From: Vampirovibrionales bacterium
GTDB lineage: Bacteria > Cyanobacteriota > Vampirovibrionia > Vampirovibrionales > JAJTHC01
Direction: 5' to 3'
Length of the DNA: 64,000 nucleotides
Assembly: GCA_046341215.1 (NCBI GenBank)
Contig: JBKDRU010000050.1
Location: 12,918 to 76,917 of the forward strand
The notes beneath the pieces are model-generated. The model was not told the origin of the DNA, made no database searches, and saw only the letters and a list, made by a program, of their open reading frames with translations. Shown here in pieces: positions 58,298 to 64,000 of the stretch; the first letter of the stretch is position 1; every line of letters starts with the position of its first letter. The translations under genes were made by a program, and so were the position numbers.

Positions 58298-58957
58298 ATG
58301 AATGCAACCGTTACCCCTGATTTTACCCCCGAATCCCCTGATGCCGTCAAAACCACTCGAGACGTGCAATTGCACTTAGACGCCGCCCCTGCCTTGGCGT
58401 GGCATGAAATCGTGCAAGGCATTTTGCTAGATGCCCCCCGCACGTTTACCGCGCTCAAATCCGCCTATGGTAACCCTGCCGTTGTTGACAATCCTTTGTT
58501 GCGTCAGCAAGTCCTCATCACCTTGTCGCTTATTGCGGTTCAGGTGTTGTGTGGGATTTTGTTTAAGGGAAAGACCGATACAAGCCCACTGGTACTAGGC
58601 TTTCAAACCGTGAGTCACCTGATTTTGTGGACGGCACTCGCAGGAGGCATCGCCTATGCTCACCATGTCTTTACCCGTGAAAGTCGCTTTGGCTTGTTGT
58701 TGACGTTGACTGGGGCGAGTACCATTCCGTGGCTCTTTTTACCTGTGGTGAGCCTCTTGAAGGCATCGGTGCCGATTGCAGGCGCCTTGGCGTATGCGGC
58801 GTTGTGGATCTGGACGTCCTACTTATTTGTGAAATCGGTGGCGGTGGTCTTTGATTGGTCGAATGAGCATGCGATGCTCGCCTTGAGCCTGCCTGTTTTG
58901 GCAGGGCTGTGGACGTATCTCATGTATTTCACCGTGATTTTTTCCTTGTTGCATTAA
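58298..58957 (+). CDS. polytopic membrane protein (Yip1-like topology), hypothetical
   Basis: 5 hydrophobic helices after ~70-aa soluble N-terminus; ATG 58298 with AGGCGAGG RBS. Confidence 0.45.
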   Translation: MNATVTPDFTPESPDAVKTTRDVQLHLDAAPALAWHEIVQGILLDAPRTFTALKSAYGNPAVVDNPLLRQQVLITLSLIAVQVLCGILFKGKTDTSPLVLGFQTVSHLILWTALAGGIAYAHHVFTRESRFGLLLTLTGASTIPWLFLPVVSLLKASVPIAGALAYAALWIWTSYLFVKSVAVVFDWSNEHAMLALSLPVLAGLWTYLMYFTVIFSLLH

Positions 58958-59050
58958 TTAAAGTAGATGAATAAAGATGAATACTAAAAATCACAAAAAG
59001 GGGTTCATTAGCTCCATTTACAGCTGGTGCGTCAGAGACCTTTGCTCGCA

Positions 59051-59255
59051 CAAAGGTTCTCCGACACCTCTAAATGCGTTTAAGGAGGGGGAAAAAGAAG
59101 GAAATTGTTGCGGCTCTCCTTCTCTTTCCCCCTCCTTAAAAATCCACCCCCTTTCTCATCCTTTTCGCTTGCTCCACTTGCTACACGCTGGACGTCCGCA
59201 AAATCGCTCGGGGATTCGCAATTCGCTCACCCGCTCGGATTTAGTGCTTGGACGT
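59051..59255. repeat. family-3 dispersed repeat, copy 2 (uninterrupted)
   Basis: Aligns to 16138-16232 + 16347-16430; contains long GGAGGGGG...CCCCCTCC inverted repeat. Confidence 0.55.
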
Positions 59256-59261
59256 CGGCTG

Positions 59262-59957
59262 GTGAATCATTTTAGCATTTTAGGCTTTTTTTTAATGCTT
59301 GTGAGTTTACCCAACGCTCACGCCGTGGATGCCAACGGCTACGACCCCAAAAATTGGGGAGACGCCCCCTACAACGGCTATACCATCACGCCGAACCTTG
59401 AAAAAACCGCCCCCCAAGACACGGATCCCTATTTCGGCCCCCCAGGACATCAAAAAAATCGACCAGCCCCCCTACAACCTGTCGAAAAAAGCTTAAGGGG
59501 TAAACTCTTTGGCAAACGACAAGCCCCTCCGCCGAAAGTGCCTGATTCCTTCATCGTCAACGTCGGCCCCCGAGACTACCCAGCCTCCCCCGAGCCTTTG
59601 CTACGGCTGGACACGGCACTTGTCACCGATGCAGGGGCGAGCCTCTTTCCAGGATTGTATTTGGTGCATAGCCACGGCTTGCAAACCGCGCAAGACGGCT
59701 CTGTGACAAGCCTTCCCACGCATTTAAGCTTGAGTTATAAAGGCACGATTTGCCTCACGCTTCCGCTGGAAAGCCTGAAGCGTCAAGGGAAGTCGCCGAT
59801 TGAACAGCTCCCTTCGGTGCCTGATGCGTCGGCTCCTGATGCCTTAAAAGCCCCCTACCGTCGGGTCTGGGTTTTAGAAGACAGCCCTGACACCGTGCGT
59901 TTAATTTATCAAGTGGGCGATTTAAAATTCATCACGCCGTCGATTTCAAAGCAGTAG
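59262..59957 (+). CDS. hypothetical secreted protein
   Basis: GTG start gives signal-peptide-like 'VNHFSILGFFLMLVSLPNAHA|VD'; the longer ORF from 58977 runs through repeat family 3 and is probably not coding there. Pro-rich mature region. Confidence 0.35.
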   Translation: MNHFSILGFFLMLVSLPNAHAVDANGYDPKNWGDAPYNGYTITPNLEKTAPQDTDPYFGPPGHQKNRPAPLQPVEKSLRGKLFGKRQAPPPKVPDSFIVNVGPRDYPASPEPLLRLDTALVTDAGASLFPGLYLVHSHGLQTAQDGSVTSLPTHLSLSYKGTICLTLPLESLKRQGKSPIEQLPSVPDASAPDALKAPYRRVWVLEDSPDTVRLIYQVGDLKFITPSISKQ

Positions 59958-59964
59958 GTAATTT

Positions 59965-60093
59965 GTTCCCTCTCCTAATTTTAGGAGAGGGAAGAGAACG
60001 TCGCTAGACGTTCGGGGGTGAGGTTAAACTCACAAACGAAGTCTAGGGTTTAACCGCCCCCTAACCCCCTCCTAAAATTAGGAGGGGGGACAG
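59965..60093. repeat. copy B of ~130-bp nested-palindrome MITE-like element (family 1)
   Basis: Same termini as copy A; central ~20 bp between GGTTAAAC and GTTTAACC is inverted relative to copy A. Confidence 0.75.
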
Positions 60094-60108
60094 AGCAAGT
60101 AACTTAAA

Positions 60109-63100
60109 CTAACCAGTCGTGCCAAGCCCAAGCGCCACGCCCTCGATGCTGGCAATCACCGCACGCTGGTACGCTTCTGATATCACCATTGGCGTGGAAG
60201 CATCACAGGCTCTGAAGCGTTTCAGCAATTCCACTTGCAAGACCGTCAACGGCACAATGTACGGCTGTTTGAGACGATAGCCGACATTGTAAATTGTGGC
60301 TTCTTCCGCTTCCACATGAACATCCAACTGGCGCAAGATGTCCACGGTTAAGGTGTGTTCCTGCTTGATTTTAGCGAATATCTCACGGGCGTAAGGCTTA
60401 AACGCCTTGGGACTCAAGGATTCCACATAATGTTCGGCAAGGCGAATATCCGCTTGCTTTAAGGCAAAGGCGGAATTGCTCAACAATACGCCGAAAAACG
60501 CCCATTCTTGCTTCATACGTCTCAACACGGCAAGGGAATCTTCTCCCCCAAGACGCTGATCCACAAAGTGTTTTAAGGCGGTGCCTAAACCGTACCAGCC
60601 GGGTAACATGTGACGAGACTGAAACCAGCGGAAGACCCATGGAATGGCTCGCAAATCCTTGAGGCTTTTCATTTCTCGACGCTTGGCTGGTCGAGAACCG
60701 ATCATCATCAAATCGACTTCATACGGCGTGACGGTTTGGAAATACTGCACTAAGTAAGGATCATCATGCATGAGTTCGCTGTAATACGCATTGGCACGAT
60801 CCGACAAGGTTTGCATGAAGCTTGCCCATTCAGGGTCGGGCTTGTCCACACCCAAGGCGTGATGCTGGAGCGTCGCCCCTGCCGTTTTTTCAAAGTGAAA
60901 TAACGCCGTATCTTCCAAATTATAGAGCCGTGACAAGACTTCGCCTTGCTCGGTAATATCCTGCCCGTAATGAGCAGAACCCGCAGGCAACGCCGCAATC
61001 GCTTTCGCAGTAGGTGTGCCGCCTCGACCGACGCTACCGCCACGACCGTGGAAGAAACGAAGCTTGACGCCGTATTCAGTCGCCACGCTTAATAAAGCTT
61101 CTTGAGCCTTGTAAAGTTCCCAGTTGGATGTCACAAATCCGCCGTCTTTATTGGAATCCGAATAGCCGAGCATAATTAGTTGCGAATCCCCACGAGCGAC
61201 CAACTGCGTTTGATACGCCTTGCTTTCAAACAAGGCACGCATGACGCTTGGAGCATTTTGCAAGTCTTCAATGGTTTCAAACAACGGTACAATGTTCATT
61301 TTAGACACATAATCGCCTGCTTGCGTTTGGTAAAACAATCCGCAGGTTTTTAACAACAATTGAGCATGCAATAAATCTTGAGCGGTTTGCGTCATAGAAA
61401 TAATGAAGTTTTCACTCGCTGCATCTCCAAGCGCTTGTTGCCCAAACCTTGCCGCCTGTAGAATATGCGTTAATCGCCATTGTAACCATTCAGAAGAGGC
61501 TTTGCCTGTGGCTGCGGCGTCATGTTCTTCATCACCAATGACTTCTAGCCCAAGCAGATACAACGGCACAATGCCTCGATTTTCAAGCAAATAGCTTTCA
61601 AGCGTTTTTTGATAGTCCGCCGAACCAAAAGCGTGAGCCTTCGTAAAGTTCAACGATTTAGCGATGCGTTCGCCTGTTTCACGTAAGGTGAGCGAATCTT
61701 CACGCAAATCTAAACTCGCAAAATAAAAGCCAAACAACTTAAGCTTGAACTGCAAGGCTTGCACAGCATTCGACGCACTTCGACAAAAACCGCCTTCATT
61801 CAAAACATCGGCGAGAAGTTGCAAGTCATCCGCAAAACTTTGGCTGTTGAGGTACAACCAGTTCGGATTCTTCACCTTACCGCGACGTTCAAATAACGGC
61901 GTTTCAAGCGTGGCTTGAATGCGTTCGCCCATCAAGTTCACCCACAAACGAATGGGTTCGCGTTCAATATCTTCTTGATAGTGGTTGTATTTTTCAAGGG
62001 AAACTTCTTTTAAGGCATTTAATGTTTGAACGAGGCGTTCTCTCAAACGCCCCGACAACGCCAAATTAAAGGCAGAAATACTCAAGCGGGGGGCTAGTAT
62101 TTTGAGATCTGCCAAGTAACGCTTCAACACCGCTTCATGCTGAAGAGACAAAGCTTCTTTATAGACCATGGGCGTCACATAAGGGTTACCGTCCATATCG
62201 CCGCCTACCCAGCTACCTAAACGCAAAAGCGGATTTTGAATATGATTGAGTTTGCAACCTGTATTTGAAAAAGGTAGGGCATTTTCAGCAGGGGTATTGA
62301 GGCTACGTTCTAAAACCGTGTCTAACACTTGGTGAAATTCAGGGAGGGTTTTATACAAGGTACGTTCCAAATAACCCACCACACTACGAACTTCGTCTCG
62401 CACTGTGGGACGCTGCCAACGACTGTACTGCGTAAACCAAAGTAGTTCAACATCTTCCAACAAGGCTTGAATCCCTTGGTTGAAAGCCACTTCATCCACC
62501 GATTCGTGTAAGGCTTTTAAATGCACATAGAGTTGTTGTTGATGCCGTAAGATCGTTTTACGCAAAATTTTGGTAGGATGAGCTGTGGCCACCAAGCGGA
62601 CGGTGCTATTCTGCAAGCGGTCAAAGAAGCGTTGGCGTGAAAAATGTTCGTGCTTAAAGAGTTGCTGAACTTGCGTTTCCAAACGATCAGGGTAAGAATG
62701 CACGGTACGCGTGTTGTGATAATTTTCAGCCGTATTGGCCAACGTCAAAAATAATCGAAACGCCGCACTCACCTTTCTTAAGGTCGTGGCGACTTCTTGT
62801 TCTTTCGTTTCAAGTGAATGAGCCTTATTTTCAGCGTCCTTAATCAAGTCGTTTAAGGCATCCTGAACAGCGGTAAGGTTCAAGTCGGCTTTGCTTTCCG
62901 TCACGGAAAGACGAATGGCTTCGATATGTTTAAAAAAGGATGCCCCTTCATGTTCTAATAAGGTATGTCCCAAGATACAGCCGAGCAAGCGAACATCGTT
63001 GACAAAAGAACTAGACGTTATGTCTTCATCGCTGCTTTCCTGGAACTTAATGTCCACACGAGAGGTTTCGGGCAACTGTTTCAACAAGCTAATGAAGGCT

Positions 63101-63171
63101 TGCCGAATGGCACGTTCGCTTGAAAAGGGAGAAGGAGAAGAAGAATGCGTCGAGTAGCTTAACATATTCAT
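60109..63171 (-). CDS. ppc: phosphoenolpyruvate carboxylase
   Basis: 'VATAHPTK' , 'GYSDSNKDGGF', 'FHGRGGSVGRGGTP' PEPC active-site signatures; 1020 aa. Confidence 0.9.
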   Translation of the reverse strand: MNMLSYSTHSSSPSPFSSERAIRQAFISLLKQLPETSRVDIKFQESSDEDITSSSFVNDVRLLGCILGHTLLEHEGASFFKHIEAIRLSVTESKADLNLTAVQDALNDLIKDAENKAHSLETKEQEVATTLRKVSAAFRLFLTLANTAENYHNTRTVHSYPDRLETQVQQLFKHEHFSRQRFFDRLQNSTVRLVATAHPTKILRKTILRHQQQLYVHLKALHESVDEVAFNQGIQALLEDVELLWFTQYSRWQRPTVRDEVRSVVGYLERTLYKTLPEFHQVLDTVLERSLNTPAENALPFSNTGCKLNHIQNPLLRLGSWVGGDMDGNPYVTPMVYKEALSLQHEAVLKRYLADLKILAPRLSISAFNLALSGRLRERLVQTLNALKEVSLEKYNHYQEDIEREPIRLWVNLMGERIQATLETPLFERRGKVKNPNWLYLNSQSFADDLQLLADVLNEGGFCRSASNAVQALQFKLKLFGFYFASLDLREDSLTLRETGERIAKSLNFTKAHAFGSADYQKTLESYLLENRGIVPLYLLGLEVIGDEEHDAAATGKASSEWLQWRLTHILQAARFGQQALGDAASENFIISMTQTAQDLLHAQLLLKTCGLFYQTQAGDYVSKMNIVPLFETIEDLQNAPSVMRALFESKAYQTQLVARGDSQLIMLGYSDSNKDGGFVTSNWELYKAQEALLSVATEYGVKLRFFHGRGGSVGRGGTPTAKAIAALPAGSAHYGQDITEQGEVLSRLYNLEDTALFHFEKTAGATLQHHALGVDKPDPEWASFMQTLSDRANAYYSELMHDDPYLVQYFQTVTPYEVDLMMIGSRPAKRREMKSLKDLRAIPWVFRWFQSRHMLPGWYGLGTALKHFVDQRLGGEDSLAVLRRMKQEWAFFGVLLSNSAFALKQADIRLAEHYVESLSPKAFKPYAREIFAKIKQEHTLTVDILRQLDVHVEAEEATIYNVGYRLKQPYIVPLTVLQVELLKRFRACDASTPMVISEAYQRAVIASIEGVALGLGTTG

Positions 63172-63351
63172 AAAATGACCTGTATATTCCGTGGTTAAGG
63201 GTGGGGACTCCCCGCAATTATAACAGGTGCGCTGTCTTTTGGGGGGGTTGTCTTGGGAGGCTCCCCTAGGAAATGTAACAATTGGAAGGGGGGCTTAAGA
63301 ATAGGTGTGATTTAGCCGAAGCCTTATTTAAATCAGTGTAGCAAATGAGGT

Positions 63352-63978
63352 GTGCTTGTGAAACGGTTAGATTCAATTTATACGAATATTAAATCCTGCC
63401 TACGCCGCCAAAAACAAGAAGCCAGCGTGCTTATTTTGACGATTGCTTTGATGCTGCTATTTTCAGGGCAGATCCTGATGGTGGGATTGGTGACGACCAA
63501 ATCTTTAACAGAATCAGGCGCCTTAAACGCCTTGGGTATGGCGGCTCGTGAAGAAGCTTTTGCGGCGATGTCTGATTTTGAAACCAAGGAATTGTACCCC
63601 GCTTATATGAGAATGGTCAATTTAGCAAGAGCAAATACCACAACCTTTACCCCCGTGACAGCAGAAGAATTGTTGGACAATTACAATCGAGCTGCACTGG
63701 TACGAAGAGACGCTGTCAATAACCTTGCTCAACAGAATTGGACGACGTATCGTCAACGCTTATGGGATTCCAATACCAACACCTTTGTCAATGGTCAATT
63801 TACCAGCGATGTGTGGTTTGAAGCACGACGTTTAGCGGGTCCTGATAACATATTGAACAACGCGGATGATGTCTATGAATGGCCCTTTACGATTGTGGCG
63901 CGTGTACGCGGCACAGGGGTGAATCAAGTGCTTCGTCGCCAAACCACGATGATTCCGGAAGGATATCGTGATTTTTAG
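63352..63978 (+). CDS. hypothetical protein with N-terminal membrane anchor
   Basis: Basic N-terminus followed by 'VLILTIALMLLFSGQILMVGLV' hydrophobic segment (pseudopilin/TadE-like resemblance is weak); rest unassignable. Confidence 0.35.
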   Translation: MLVKRLDSIYTNIKSCLRRQKQEASVLILTIALMLLFSGQILMVGLVTTKSLTESGALNALGMAAREEAFAAMSDFETKELYPAYMRMVNLARANTTTFTPVTAEELLDNYNRAALVRRDAVNNLAQQNWTTYRQRLWDSNTNTFVNGQFTSDVWFEARRLAGPDNILNNADDVYEWPFTIVARVRGTGVNQVLRRQTTMIPEGYRDF

Positions 63979-64000
63979 GAATCTAAATAGCCGTTCTGTA

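Noticed and set aside
58977-59261. N-terminal 95 codons of ORF 58977..59957
   Set aside because: This stretch coincides with dispersed repeat family 3 (copy also at 16138-16430 in non-coding DNA). The coding part probably starts at the GTG at 59262, which gives a signal-peptide-like N-terminus.

Overview
This 64 kb window is a bacterial chromosomal segment with mid-40s %GC and coding on both strands. I could not place the organism from sequence alone. The mix of Q/P/Y-rich eukaryote-like proteins, TPR proteins and a protein with a histone-H1-like tail hints at a host-associated lifestyle, but that is inference.

Recognisable genes:
- Housekeeping: msrB, surE, tpiA, gatA, gatC, ybeY, recQ, gmk, prs, recG, ruvB, ppc, sppA and tRNA-Phe.
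- Flagellar genes, scattered: flgK, a short flagellin and motA, with flgL and motB not adjacent.
- A likely glycan or flagellin-glycosylation module: a NeuB-family nonulosonic-acid synthase, a NeuD/PglD-like acetyltransferase, an epimerase, a GT2 glycosyltransferase and a CatB-like acetyltransferase fusion.
- A polyamine/MTA module: two tandem pyruvoyl AdoMetDC-family proenzymes, a 5'-nucleotidase and MTA phosphorylase.
- Many low-complexity Gly/Pro/Gln/Tyr-rich hypothetical proteins.

Features that the gene list does not explain:
- Three families of highly structured dispersed repeats. A ~130 bp nested-palindrome MITE-like element occurs in 3 copies, and a ~90 bp element is inserted inside copies of the other two families. 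Short CCTCC..GGAGG palindromes sit at several gene ends.
- A 21 bp tandem repeat (about 5.5 copies) directly upstream of gatA.
- An over-represented palindromic motif, TTGT-N-ACAA, in at least 8 intergenic regions. Three copies lie upstream of an unusual regulator made of four tandem GntR-type wHTH domains; others lie upstream of fliC, motA and speD.
- A divergent cassette of this 4xGntR regulator, an MFS transporter and a radical-SAM enzyme with a Cys-rich C-terminal domain. I found no precursor peptide.

I found no CRISPR array, prophage, transposase or clear defence-system genes.
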